From NCBI GenBank assembly GCA_035555035.1, contig DATMHG010000083.1, positions 1 through 60,974 of the forward strand: DNA of 60,974 nt. Reading direction: 5' to 3'. The position numbers were made by a program, and so were the translations under genes. Shown here in pieces: positions 39,897 to 49,865 of this stretch. Position 1 is the first letter of the stretch, and each line of letters starts with the position of its first letter. Below the pieces are notes generated by a model. That model was not told where the DNA came from. It saw only the letters and a list, made by a program, of their open reading frames with translations, and did no database searches. This stretch comes from Sphingomicrobium sp. (GTDB lineage: Bacteria; Pseudomonadota; Alphaproteobacteria; Sphingomonadales; Sphingomonadaceae).

Positions 39897-41006
39897 ATCC
39901 GCGACCGCCAGACGAGTCAGGCGGCGGCGTTCCAGTCGTTCGAGCGTGCGTGCCAGAGCTTCGAGTTCGTCTTTGTCGACTCGGACATGGTCGGTAGGAG
40001 CGACCTCGCTGAAGTGCCGCCGCAACGGCGGTGGACGGCGTCCGCGCACCAGTCGCGCGGCCAGGCGAGCCGCCCGATAAGCGAGCTGCAGACTGCACCT
40101 CAACGGGTCGATCCTGAACGCTCTTGCGAGCAATTGCGCGGCCCCGAACCGGTCACCCGCCAACGCACGCATTTCCGCAAACTCGAACGTGCGCATGCCC
40201 ATCGCCCAGCGGACCGCGCGATTCGACACCGGAGATCCGCCGAACCGCACACGTTCGAACACGAGTTGCCAGGATTTGCGCATCTGTTCGGCATTTCGCG
40301 ACATGCCGCCGCTACCGACCCGATAGCCGACGAGATGTTCCGGAACGGCTGCAACGAGGTAGGTTCGGGCGATTTGCAGCTGGAGCAAAAGGTCCTCGCA
40401 GCCCTGTCCCTGCTCGGCGCGAAGGCTCGTATCATAGCCGCCAACAGCCATCACCGCTTCGCGCAACAGCAGCGGCGCGCTGCCATTGCCCACAAAGTTG
40501 TAGCACGCCATCTGGTTGAAGGCGCGCCCCTTGGCCTCCCAACGCGCACTTGATCCGACAACGCGGCTTTCACCATCGATGTAATGGAACCAGCAGTAGA
40601 CCAGCCCCGGCTTCTTCGCAGCCGCAAGGGCGGCAGACAATTGCTTCTCGATCTTCGTTGGATGCCACAGATCGTCGGCGTCCATCGGAGCAATCCACTC
40701 TCCTGCCGCCACTGCGATGCCCATGTTGCGCGCGGCTGCCACGCCTGCGTTCTTCTGGCGGATGAGACGCGCGCGCGGTTCTATTTCGCAAAAGGCGCCG
40801 GCGACGGCCGCGGTGGAGTCGGTCGAGCCGTCATCGACAATGATGATTTCGAGGTTGGGATAAGTTTGGGCGGCAACGCTCTCGAGCGTTTCGGCCAACG
40901 TCGCTTCGGCATTGAACGCCGGGACGACCACGGACACGAGCGGAAACGCGCCCGGTGGATTCGATTTTAGGCCTTTCGGCTCACGAGCTTGAGTTCTCTT
41001 CGCCAA
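39858..41006 (-). CDS. Glycosyltransferase family 2 (start approximate)
   Basis: VSVVVPAFN, VDDGSTD, MDADDLW, GGYD, CED; TTG start at 41006 chosen. Confidence 0.88.
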   Translation of the reverse strand: MAKRTQAREPKGLKSNPPGAFPLVSVVVPAFNAEATLAETLESVAAQTYPNLEIIIVDDGSTDSTAAVAGAFCEIEPRARLIRQKNAGVAAARNMGIAVAAGEWIAPMDADDLWHPTKIEKQLSAALAAAKKPGLVYCWFHYIDGESRVVGSSARWEAKGRAFNQMACYNFVGNGSAPLLLREAVMAVGGYDTSLRAEQGQGCEDLLLQLQIARTYLVAAVPEHLVGYRVGSGGMSRNAEQMRKSWQLVFERVRFGGSPVSNRAVRWAMGMRTFEFAEMRALAGDRFGAAQLLARAFRIDPLRCSLQLAYRAARLAARLVRGRRPPPLRRHFSEVAPTDHVRVDKDELEALARTLERLERRRLTRLAVADLSEESIADSQAR

Positions 41007-41093
41007 CTCCGGAGCTTCCCACGGCCGCCCGGCCAACGCTAGATCGCATAAAAAGGAGGTCAGGCAATCTCCAGATCCGCAACCGACAAGCCA

Positions 41094-42203
41094 TTGGTTT
41101 CCGTGATTGTTCCCGCGTACAATGCGGAGCCGACGTTGAGCGAGGCCGTTCAGTCGGCACTCTCCGGTTCCTACCCGAACATCGAGTTGATCATCGTCGA
41201 TGACGGTTCGACAGACGACACGTTCGCGATCGCGCAAACGCTTGCTCGCGCCGATGCGCGCATTCACCTCCACCGCCAGCCCAACGGCGGAGTGTCGGCA
41301 GCGTTCAACGCAGGACTTGCTCTCGTACGGGGCGACTATGTCGCGCGCCTCGACTCCGACGATATCTGGCATCCCCGCAAGATCGAGAGGCAGGTTGACG
41401 TCGCTTTGCGTCACCCGCGCGCAGCGTTCATCTACACCTTCGTCCGCTACATCGACGCGCAGGGCCGGGTGACTCGCGACGGACCGGACCAGAGGTTTCC
41501 CCTTCACGCGCTTTCGCGTGGAGTCTACGAAAGCCTGGTCGGCGCGAACAGCTCGGCACTGATGCTTCGTTCGACGGTCCAGCAGATCGGCGGTTATGAC
41601 GAGGAGCTGGTGAGCTGGGAGGACCTGTTCCTCCAGCTCAGGATCACCGCGCGAGCCGAAATCGCATATGTTCCTGAATATCTGGTGGGGTACAGGGTGC
41701 GACCAGGTTCCTTGTCCGCAGATCCGGCGAATATGCTTCGGAGCTGGCGCAAAGCGCGGCGGAAAATTCAGCGTGAGTTCCCGGAATTGCCGTCCTTCGT
41801 CGACAGCTGGTCGCACGGGCGGCGCTGCGCCGGCTTCGCTGAAAGTTTCGCCTGGAGGGGTCATTACGCAATGTGTGCGCGGCTGTTGGCGGAGGCTGCG
41901 CGTATGGACTGGAGGTGGACAGCCGCATTCCTCGCATTCCGCTCCAAGCGGCGGCTCAAGCGAGCCTTCGTGCGCGACTCGCGTCACGCTTCATCGCCGC
42001 CATTCAGCGCCTGCGATCCCCAGGAGCGAGTAACGGCTGACGACCCTAATGACGTCTATGGACCGCTAGACACCCTCGAAGCTCAGCGTATCGCCAAGCT
42101 CGGCGAGATCGATGCAGAGCTCGCACGCGCCCGAACCGAGGCTAAGCGCCCTCCGTCTGCAGCCGCGCAAGAAAGCTTCCTTCGGGAGCGGGCCGATTTT
42201 TGA
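41094..42203 (+). CDS. Glycosyltransferase family 2 (start approximate)
   Basis: VSVIVPAYN, VDDGSTD, LDSDDIW, GGYD, WED. Confidence 0.88.
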   Translation: MVSVIVPAYNAEPTLSEAVQSALSGSYPNIELIIVDDGSTDDTFAIAQTLARADARIHLHRQPNGGVSAAFNAGLALVRGDYVARLDSDDIWHPRKIERQVDVALRHPRAAFIYTFVRYIDAQGRVTRDGPDQRFPLHALSRGVYESLVGANSSALMLRSTVQQIGGYDEELVSWEDLFLQLRITARAEIAYVPEYLVGYRVRPGSLSADPANMLRSWRKARRKIQREFPELPSFVDSWSHGRRCAGFAESFAWRGHYAMCARLLAEAARMDWRWTAAFLAFRSKRRLKRAFVRDSRHASSPPFSACDPQERVTADDPNDVYGPLDTLEAQRIAKLGEIDAELARARTEAKRPPSAAAQESFLRERADF

Positions 42204-42891
42204 TCCCTTTGATCAGCTGGTTCCACAAATGCACGCCGATAGTGCTTTCGCCCAGCAGATCTTCCAGATGGATCTGCCGGTCGATGATCCAGTCCGCACG
42301 TTGCCAGGGAACGGGGTAGAAGGCCGACGCCGGCAGTGCATGTGACGCAAGAGCGAACTTGTTGACGGCTGCAGTGAGAGCGACGGGGCCGGTCGTCCCC
42401 CACCGGCCCGCTCTGATGTTCATTCGGCCGCTGAGACGGTCGCGCAGCTCGGACAGTAAAGCTCGCGGCTGCGCGCCTGCAGGTCGGAAGAGCTTGAGGA
42501 GCTCTCCGATGATGGGCGAATCCGGAGGCAGCCGCAGCACGGCATTGTTGATTATTCCCGGTCTCTCCTCTCCAAAAAGATATGCCCCGCTCTCATCGAG
42601 AGGCCGGAGCAAGTACATGTCGGTATCGACCCACGTCCCCAGCCCGCGCTTCTGCAGCTCATATCGGAACCAGTCGGAGAACGGAGCAATGCTCCCGCTC
42701 CGGTGGCGGAACACGGACGCGGGGGGAAGAATCGCGGACGCGTCCGCCAGCTGAACGCCTGGTGGGATCCCGCTCGGGACGCGATAGCAATAGAGCGCTA
42801 GATGGTGGCCCTGGCGGAGCACAGAGCGCATGCAGGCACGCTCGACCGGTCCGACCGTCTCGCCAATCCACAATGTCGCGCATTCGAGCAT
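42142..42891 (-). CDS. DxD-type glycosyltransferase (GT32/Och1-like)
   Basis: LWIG, FSDWFRY, WVDTD, WG.TGP, GVHLWN. Confidence 0.8.
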   Translation of the reverse strand: MLECATLWIGETVGPVERACMRSVLRQGHHLALYCYRVPSGIPPGVQLADASAILPPASVFRHRSGSIAPFSDWFRYELQKRGLGTWVDTDMYLLRPLDESGAYLFGEERPGIINNAVLRLPPDSPIIGELLKLFRPAGAQPRALLSELRDRLSGRMNIRAGRWGTTGPVALTAAVNKFALASHALPASAFYPVPWQRADWIIDRQIHLEDLLGESTIGVHLWNQLIKGIKNRPAPEGSFLARLQTEGA

Positions 42892-43000
42892 TGGAGCAAA
42901 GGATTATGCATCCTCCGCGCAGCCGTCGAGGTCGAGCCAGCCGCAAGCTCTTGTGCTTTCGTGAAACCTCGGGGCATCAAAGGCCTCCAAAGCTGGAAGG

Positions 43001-44107
43001 ATGAAATTGCAGTCGCGCTCGGCAAAGGAGCTCAGCGTCGTGATGCCGGTGCACAATGCACTTCCGCATCTCGACGCCGCAGTGCAAAGCATCCTCGACC
43101 AGACCTTTGGCGACTTTGAGCTCGTCGTCTACGATGACGCGTCCACCGACGGCTCAACCGAGCGCCTGCGTGACTGGGCTCAGCAGGATGACCGCATCCG
43201 ATTGTTCGAGGGGCAGCGCAATCTCGGCCCGGTCGGAAGCTCCGCACTTGTCGTCAAGCATTCGTCCGCACCATTGATCGCGCGGATGGATGCGGACGAC
43301 ATCTCGCATGCCGACAGGTTGAATCAGCAAGTCAAGCTGCTGCGCGGCTCTCCCCAGGCAGGACTCGTCGGGACTTTGTTCGACGTCATCGATGATCGCG
43401 GACGCCGCATCCGCGGGCCAGATTATTGGCGGCTGACTCGAAAATCGCCCTTCGTCCCATTCGCTGCGCATGGCTCGATCATGTTTCGGCGGAGCGTCTT
43501 CGACCGGGTCGGCGGGTACCGAGAAGAATGCGAATATTGGGAGGACCACGACTTGGTTATGCGCATGGGCGCAATGGCCGAGGTTCTGGTCATCCCCGCA
43601 CCGCTTTACCGAGTCCGGATGTGGACCAAGAACACACGCGCCTCCTCCGACCCGGAGCGGATCGAGAACGCCGTCGACCTCATGTACCGGTCGGTCGACC
43701 GGCTTGAGCAGGGCCGCGGGTACGACGACCTTCTCGGCGACTCTCCCCCTCCGCACCGCGTCGATCCGCGCGTGTTCATGGCCGCGACCTCGATGCGCTT
43801 GTGGGCCGGCAAGCGGCCGCAGCTGTTCGGCCGGCTGGTCAAGCGGGGCAGGCTTCGTCCTGACATGCGCAGCCTTAGCGCCTTGGTGCTGACCGGCTGG
43901 GCCGCTGTGAGTCCGTCAACGTTGCGGGCGTTCCTGCGCCTGTTTCTGAAGGGCAAGAACCTGCTCGCCCGACCGGTCAGCAGTTCGTCGGGGCCGCTAA
44001 AATGGTCGGCACCCGTGATCCGGGATGACGCCGCACGCGCCGCTGATTGCGCGGCAGAGGCCAACTGCTATTCTTCGGCGGCCGGCGAAGCTGAGGGTCT
44101 CCATTGA
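43001..44107 (+). CDS. Glycosyltransferase family 2
   Basis: SVVMPVHN, YDDASTD, RMDADD, GGY, WED. Confidence 0.88.
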   Translation: MKLQSRSAKELSVVMPVHNALPHLDAAVQSILDQTFGDFELVVYDDASTDGSTERLRDWAQQDDRIRLFEGQRNLGPVGSSALVVKHSSAPLIARMDADDISHADRLNQQVKLLRGSPQAGLVGTLFDVIDDRGRRIRGPDYWRLTRKSPFVPFAAHGSIMFRRSVFDRVGGYREECEYWEDHDLVMRMGAMAEVLVIPAPLYRVRMWTKNTRASSDPERIENAVDLMYRSVDRLEQGRGYDDLLGDSPPPHRVDPRVFMAATSMRLWAGKRPQLFGRLVKRGRLRPDMRSLSALVLTGWAAVSPSTLRAFLRLFLKGKNLLARPVSSSSGPLKWSAPVIRDDAARAADCAAEANCYSSAAGEAEGLH

Positions 44108-45924
44108 CCGACGAGCAGCAATCATCAGCACGTGATCAGGCCGGTCTGCGGAGCGGCCTTCGCGAGCTCTACGGCACGCTGACTCCGCAGCGCCGGCGGC
44201 AATTCTATTTCGTCCTCGTCCTGATGTTCGCCGGCGCGCTTGCCGAGCTCGCGACCATCGGCGCGGTGCTGCCATTCCTTTCGCTGCTCGCCGATCCCGG
44301 TCGCATCGGCCGGATCCCAGCCTTGGCGGCGGCATTCAACGCCGTAGGGGCAGTGACCAATTCAGAGCGGCTGCTCGCCGCGACCGTGCTGTTCATCTTG
44401 CTGGCGATTATCGCCGCGCTCGTCCGACTTCAGCTCACCTGGTCGAGCCAGAATTTCATCTTCCGGCTTGGACACGAACTCGCCGTGAACATCCAGCGGC
44501 GCATCCTCTTCCAGCCGTACACCTTCCACATCAACCAGAACACGAGCACGCTGGTCGCTTCGCTCGAGAAGGTCGGCACCCTCGTCTACTATGTGCTGCT
44601 GCAGCTGATGCAGGCCGCAATCGCCGTCATCATCTCGATCTTCATCATCGCGGCGCTGATCTACGTCGATCCGTTCACGGCGCTTGTCTCGGCGGCGGCG
44701 TTCGGGCTCATTTACCTGCTGGTCTCGACTCTCATGCGCCGAAGGCTCGACCGCAATTCGGACGTCATCGGCGCGACGTGGGACGAGCGGGTCAAGATCG
44801 TGCAGGAGAGCCTCGGCGGCATCCGCGACGTGATCATCGACAGCTCGCAGCCAGTTTACCTCGAAGCGTTCCGCAAGATCGACGACCGCTTCTCGAACGC
44901 GAAGACGAACACCGCGTTCATCGGCGCGGCGCCGCGCTTCATCATCGAATCGCTTGGCATGTCGCTGATCGCCATCCTGGCGATCGTCATGGCCGCTCGG
45001 CAGGGCGGACTCGCGGCGGCGCTCCCGATTCTCGGGGCGCTGGCCTTGGGCGCGCAGCGTCTGCTGCCGATGCTTCAGCAGATTTACGTCAGCTGGTCGG
45101 TCGCCGTGGGCAACCAGTCGCTGATCAACCAGGTGCTCGAACTCGTCCGGTTGCCGGTTGACGAGGAGACTGCTCAGGCCGAGCAAGTCGCGCCTTTGCC
45201 GTTTCGCCGCCACATCCGCCTGGAAAATGTGAGCTTCGCCTATCCCAGCCGCCGTGTTTCTGCGGTAGACGATATCAGCTTCGAGATCGGGCGCGGGCAA
45301 CGGATGGCGCTCATCGGCAAAACCGGGAGCGGCAAAAGCACACTTGCCGATCTGCTGATGGGTCTGCTCGAGCCGATCGACGGTCGAATCGTCGTCGACG
45401 GCGTATCGTTGACGCGTGAGAACCGGCGCAATTGGCAGCGCAGCATTGCGCACGTGCCGCAAGCGATCTTCCTCGCCGACGCGAGCATCGCGCGGAATAT
45501 CGCCCTTGGTGTGCCGGCGGAACGGATCGACACCGAGCGGGTGATCGAAGCCGCGAAGAAGGCGCAACTCGACGAATTCGTCCGGAGCCTCCCGGAAGGT
45601 TACGACAGCTTTGTCGGAGAGCGTGGAATCCGTCTCTCCGGCGGGCAGCGGCAGCGGCTCGGCATTGCGCGCGCCATCTACAAGCAGGCTCCGGTGCTCG
45701 TGCTCGACGAGGCGACCAGCGCCCTCGACGATGCCACCGAGAGCGATGTCATGCGCGCGCTCGATCAGCTCGGCGAAGAGGGTCGGACAATCATCCTGAT
45801 CGCCCATCGCCTCTCGACAATCTCGCGCGCGGACCTCGTCGTCCGGCTGGAGAACGGCCGGCTCGTCGAGCTCGGAAGCTACTCCGAAGTGATCGGCGCT
45901 ATTCCCCAAAGCCGAGCTTTCTGA
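44104..45924 (+). CDS. ABC exporter, fused TMD+NBD (PglK/HetA-like glycan flippase candidate)
   Basis: ~6 TM, GKTGSGKST, LSGGQRQR, LVLDEATSALD, IAHRL; located in glycan locus. Confidence 0.88.
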   Translation: MTDEQQSSARDQAGLRSGLRELYGTLTPQRRRQFYFVLVLMFAGALAELATIGAVLPFLSLLADPGRIGRIPALAAAFNAVGAVTNSERLLAATVLFILLAIIAALVRLQLTWSSQNFIFRLGHELAVNIQRRILFQPYTFHINQNTSTLVASLEKVGTLVYYVLLQLMQAAIAVIISIFIIAALIYVDPFTALVSAAAFGLIYLLVSTLMRRRLDRNSDVIGATWDERVKIVQESLGGIRDVIIDSSQPVYLEAFRKIDDRFSNAKTNTAFIGAAPRFIIESLGMSLIAILAIVMAARQGGLAAALPILGALALGAQRLLPMLQQIYVSWSVAVGNQSLINQVLELVRLPVDEETAQAEQVAPLPFRRHIRLENVSFAYPSRRVSAVDDISFEIGRGQRMALIGKTGSGKSTLADLLMGLLEPIDGRIVVDGVSLTRENRRNWQRSIAHVPQAIFLADASIARNIALGVPAERIDTERVIEAAKKAQLDEFVRSLPEGYDSFVGERGIRLSGGQRQRLGIARAIYKQAPVLVLDEATSALDDATESDVMRALDQLGEEGRTIILIAHRLSTISRADLVVRLENGRLVELGSYSEVIGAIPQSRAF

Positions 45925-45938
45925 CTAGGACACGGCCG

Positions 45939-46943
45939 ATGTCCGCGTTCAGATCCATCCTCGTCACAGGCGGCACCGGCTCGTTCGGCCAAGCCTTCGT
46001 TCGCACTCTGCTCGACGAGCACCCCAAGGTGGAGCGGATCGTCGTCTACTCGCGTGACGAGCTGAAGCAGTATGAAATGGCGCAGCGGCTGGGCGAGCAT
46101 TCTGCGCTGCGCTTCTTCATCGGCGACATTCGCGACGAAGCGCGGCTTCGGCGGGCTCTCGAAGGTATCGAGGTCGTGGTCCACGCGGCCGCGCTGAAGC
46201 AAGTACCGGCCGCGGAGTATAATCCGTTCGAGGTTATCAAAACCAACGTCCTCGGCGCCCAGAATCTCGTCGAGGCCTGCCTCGACACGGACGTGCGCAC
46301 CGTAATCGCTCTCTCAACCGACAAAGCCGCCGCGCCGATCAATCTCTACGGCGCGACCAAGCTCTGCTCGGACAAGCTGATCACCGCCGCCAACAACATT
46401 CGCGGCAACCGCGATCTCAAGTTCGCCGTCGTGCGCTACGGCAACGTCATGGGCAGCCGCGGCTCGGTCATTCCCTACTTCCTCGCCTGCCGAGACAAAG
46501 GCGTCTTGCCGATCACCGATCCCGAAATGACGCGGTTCAACATCACTCTCCAGGAAGGCGTCGACATGGTCCTCTGGAGCATCGACGCGAGCCGGGGCGG
46601 CGAGATCTTCGTTCCGAAGATTCCGAGTTACCGGATCATGGATCTGGCAGACGCTATCGCGCCGGACGCCGAACGCCGGATCGTCGGAATCCGACCCGGC
46701 GAAAAGGTCCACGAGGAGATGATCACCGCTAGCGATAGCTACAACACGGTCGACCTCGGCCGCTATTATGCGATTCTGTCGAGCTCGGGCGAATATTCGA
46801 CTTACTTCTATCTCGAAGAGCGCGGTGGCGAGAGAGTAAAGCCGGGCTTCTCCTACAATAGCGGCACCAACGAGCGCTTCCTCAGCGTCGATGAGCTGCG
46901 CGACCTCATCGGCACGAATTTGCACGTCGAAGTGCCGGCATGA
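45939..46943 (+). CDS. pseB: UDP-GlcNAc 4,6-dehydratase (inverting)
   Basis: TGGTGSFG, SRDELKQ, HAAALKQVPAAEYNP, STDKA, YGATK, RYGNVMGSRGSV, GIRPGEK. Confidence 0.95.
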   Translation: MSAFRSILVTGGTGSFGQAFVRTLLDEHPKVERIVVYSRDELKQYEMAQRLGEHSALRFFIGDIRDEARLRRALEGIEVVVHAAALKQVPAAEYNPFEVIKTNVLGAQNLVEACLDTDVRTVIALSTDKAAAPINLYGATKLCSDKLITAANNIRGNRDLKFAVVRYGNVMGSRGSVIPYFLACRDKGVLPITDPEMTRFNITLQEGVDMVLWSIDASRGGEIFVPKIPSYRIMDLADAIAPDAERRIVGIRPGEKVHEEMITASDSYNTVDLGRYYAILSSSGEYSTYFYLEERGGERVKPGFSYNSGTNERFLSVDELRDLIGTNLHVEVPA

Positions 46944-48091
46944 TTCCGTACGGCCGCCAGTCGATCGACGCGGCCGACATCGAAGCCGTCGTCGAGGTCC
47001 TGAAGTCGGATTTTCTGACTCAAGGCCCCGCGGTCCCTCGGTTCGAGCAGGCGCTCGCAGCGGATTGTGGCGCGGCCCATGGCGTTGCGGCGTGCAACGC
47101 GACGGCCGCGCTGCACCTCGCCTGCCTGGCCCTCGGTCTCGGCCCCGGCGACATCCTCTGGACGAGCGCCGTCACCTTCGTCGCGAGCGCCAATTGCGGC
47201 CTCTATTGCGGCGCCGAAGTCGATTTCGTCGATATCGATCCCAAGACGTACAACATGTCGGTCGAGCGGCTGAGCGAGAAGCTCGAGATTGCCGAGCGCG
47301 AGGGCCGGCTCCCGAAGGTTCTCGTCCCCGTGCACATGACCGGGCAAAGCGCCGACATGCGGCCGATTGCCGAGCTTGGCCGCCGTTACGGTTTCCGGAT
47401 CGTCGAAGATGCAAGTCATGCCGTCGGCGCCACTTACGGCAACGGCCCGGTCGGCGACTGCCGCTACAGCGACATCGCGGTGTTCAGCTTCCACCCGGTG
47501 AAGATCATCACCACCGGCGAAGGCGGTATGGCGATGACCAACGATGCCGAGCTTGCCGCCTGGATGGCGATACTGAGGAGTCACGGCATCACCCGCGATC
47601 CGGCGCTGCTTCGCTCCAAGTCCGACGGCGGTTGGTACTACGAGCAACTCGCGCTCGGCTTCAATTACCGCATGACGGACATCCAGGCGGCGCTTGGCTA
47701 TAGCCAGCTGCAGCGGCTCGAGAAGCTCGTTAATCGGCGGCGCGATCTGGCGAGGCGCTACGACGAGGCTTTCGCGGACCTGCCGCTGACAACGCCCTGG
47801 CAGCACCCGGACAGCCGCTCGAGCTTCCACCTCTACGTGATCCGGGTGGACGCCGGGATTCATGAGGCCGCATTCGCGCAGCTGAGGCAAGCCGGCATAG
47901 GCGTCAATCTTCATTACATTCCCGTTCCCCGGCAACCTTACTATCGCGACCTCGGCTTCGATCCCGCCGACTGGCCGGAGGCGGAGCGTTACTATGCCGA
48001 GGCCATCTCCCTGCCGCTCTATCCAGACCTGATGGAGGACGAGCAGGATGTCGTGATCGACGCCGTCAAGGATGCGGTCGGATGCGCGTAG
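46940..48091 (+). CDS. pseC: UDP-4-keto-6-deoxy-AltNAc aminotransferase
   Basis: IPYGRQ, LTQGP, EDASHA, FSFHPVKIITTGEGG, GFNYRMTD. Confidence 0.94.
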   Translation: MIPYGRQSIDAADIEAVVEVLKSDFLTQGPAVPRFEQALAADCGAAHGVAACNATAALHLACLALGLGPGDILWTSAVTFVASANCGLYCGAEVDFVDIDPKTYNMSVERLSEKLEIAEREGRLPKVLVPVHMTGQSADMRPIAELGRRYGFRIVEDASHAVGATYGNGPVGDCRYSDIAVFSFHPVKIITTGEGGMAMTNDAELAAWMAILRSHGITRDPALLRSKSDGGWYYEQLALGFNYRMTDIQAALGYSQLQRLEKLVNRRRDLARRYDEAFADLPLTTPWQHPDSRSSFHLYVIRVDAGIHEAAFAQLRQAGIGVNLHYIPVPRQPYYRDLGFDPADWPEAERYYAEAISLPLYPDLMEDEQDVVIDAVKDAVGCA

Positions 48092-49173
48092 CGGTCCGGG
48101 TCGACGCCAGTCCGCTGATCGGCGGCGGCCATGCGATGCGCTGCCTGACGCTGGCAGACGAACTCGCCGCGCGCGGCGCCGAGATCACATTCGTGAGCGC
48201 CGCAATGCCTGACGCATTGGCCAAACGCATCGAAGCGGCCGGGCACAAGCTGGTGCGCATCGCGGCTCCCGCAGGACTGGAGCGCGACCGCAGCGACTGG
48301 CACGAGCCGCCGCTGAACCCTGACGTGCAGGCTGCCGATGCACGCGCAGCCGGCGCTGCCGCCGGGGCTGTCGATTGGCTGATCGTCGATCACTATTTGC
48401 TGGATGTGCATTGGCACCGCGCCGCACGAAGCTTCGCCGACAGGCTGCTCGTGATCGACGATCTCGCCAATCGCTCATACGATTGCGATGTGCTTGTCGA
48501 CGAAACTGGCGGACGTTCCTCCACGGATTACGACGGTCGGGTTCCCGATCAGGCAAAGGTTCTCGTCGGCGCTCAATTCGCGCTTCTCCGGCCCGAATTT
48601 GCAAAGGAGCGGTCGGCAGCCCTTGAGCGGCGGCGCGAGGCGAAGCGCGCCGAGCTCATTCTCATTTCGCTTGGAACGACCGACCCGAATGGAGTGACCG
48701 CTGCCGCGCTAGAGGCGGTGCTCGTCGCAGCTTCTGACTGCTCAATCCATGTCGTGCTGGGCGAAGACGCAACAAGCCTGCCGCGCACGATAACAGCAGC
48801 CGGCGAGAATCGCCGGGTTGAGGTGCACGTCAACACGAACCGCATGGCCGAGCTGATGCGAGACGCGGATGTCGCCATCGGTGCAGCCGGGACCACGAGT
48901 TGGGAGCGCTGCTGCTTGGGTCTGCCCGCCATTGCGTTGGTGCTTGCGGAGAACCAGCGCGCGAATGCGGAGGCCCTCGAGCTCGCGGGGGCGGCGATCA
49001 TGGTCAAGAATGTCGGCGAAATTCACGATACCGTGGCGCGGCTCGTTAGCGACGAGCAAGCTCTCCAGAGCATGAGCGCAGCGGCCTTCGGCCTCACCGA
49101 CGGCCTCGGCACGGTTCGCGTTCTGGACGCGATGCTTGCAGCGCCAGCTCAAACCGCGGCGGTGCGCGCATGA
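48082..49173 (+). CDS. pseG: UDP-sugar hydrolase PseG (no GNAT domain fused)
   Basis: RVDAS..IGGGHAMRCLTLA, VDHY, IDD, ALLRPEF, AAGTTSWE, AENQ. Confidence 0.9.
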   Translation: MRVAVRVDASPLIGGGHAMRCLTLADELAARGAEITFVSAAMPDALAKRIEAAGHKLVRIAAPAGLERDRSDWHEPPLNPDVQAADARAAGAAAGAVDWLIVDHYLLDVHWHRAARSFADRLLVIDDLANRSYDCDVLVDETGGRSSTDYDGRVPDQAKVLVGAQFALLRPEFAKERSAALERRREAKRAELILISLGTTDPNGVTAAALEAVLVAASDCSIHVVLGEDATSLPRTITAAGENRRVEVHVNTNRMAELMRDADVAIGAAGTTSWERCCLGLPAIALVLAENQRANAEALELAGAAIMVKNVGEIHDTVARLVSDEQALQSMSAAAFGLTDGLGTVRVLDAMLAAPAQTAAVRA

Positions 49174-49865
49174 GATATGCGGTCATTCCGGCGCGCGGCG
49201 GAAGCAAGCGCATTCCCCGCAAGAATTTGAAAGAGTTCCTCGGAAAGCCCGTGATCGCCTACGCGATCGAAGCGCTGAGCGAGAGCAGACTCTTCGACCA
49301 CATCATCGTCAGCACCGACGATTCCCAAATCGCGGAAGTCGCGAAGCGCTACGGGGCCGAGGCCCCATTCGTCCGGCCGCCCGAGCTGAGCGACGACCAT
49401 GCCTCGACCGACGCCGTGCTCATTCACGCGATCGAGCAAATCCGAGAGCAGTACGGCGCTGCCGAGGAAGCGTGCTGCGTCTACCCGGCCACTCCCCTCC
49501 TGACCGAAGATATGGTGCGGCGGGGTCTCGACGCGATGAGAAAGCACGAAGCGCCATCAGCCTTCCCCGTCGTGCGCTATGATTTCCCCATCGAGCAGGC
49601 GCTCGTCCTTGAAGACGGAGTACATCCAAAATTCCGCTCGCCCGAGCTGGTCGACGCTCGGTCGCAGGACTTGGCGGCACACTATCATGATGCGGGAATA
49701 TTCTACTGGTTCGTGCCCGATCGCTTCCTCGCCAGCGGCCGCCTGTTCATGGACGACAGCGTCGTCTTCGAAGTGCCTTCCGAACGCTGCCAGGACATCA
49801 ACACCCCCGAGGACTGGGCGATTGCCGAGCTCAAGTACCAGCGGCTACAGGCGCGAGCCCGATGA
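49170..49865 (+). CDS. pseF: Pseudaminate cytidylyltransferase
   Basis: IPARGGSKRIPRKN, VSTDD, YPATP, YHDAG, DINTPEDW. Confidence 0.93.
   Translation: MRYAVIPARGGSKRIPRKNLKEFLGKPVIAYAIEALSESRLFDHIIVSTDDSQIAEVAKRYGAEAPFVRPPELSDDHASTDAVLIHAIEQIREQYGAAEEACCVYPATPLLTEDMVRRGLDAMRKHEAPSAFPVVRYDFPIEQALVLEDGVHPKFRSPELVDARSQDLAAHYHDAGIFYWFVPDRFLASGRLFMDDSVVFEVPSERCQDINTPEDWAIAELKYQRLQARAR

Noticed and set aside
41007-41987. Apparent 709-aa GT2 fusion
   Set aside because: The N-terminal part is antisense to the GT2 at 41094-42203.
45432-45938. N-terminal extension on PseB (similar extensions on the amidinotransferase and pckA ORFs)
   Set aside because: Out-of-frame overlap with the upstream gene or leader; downstream starts have better SD or coupling and match family N-termini.
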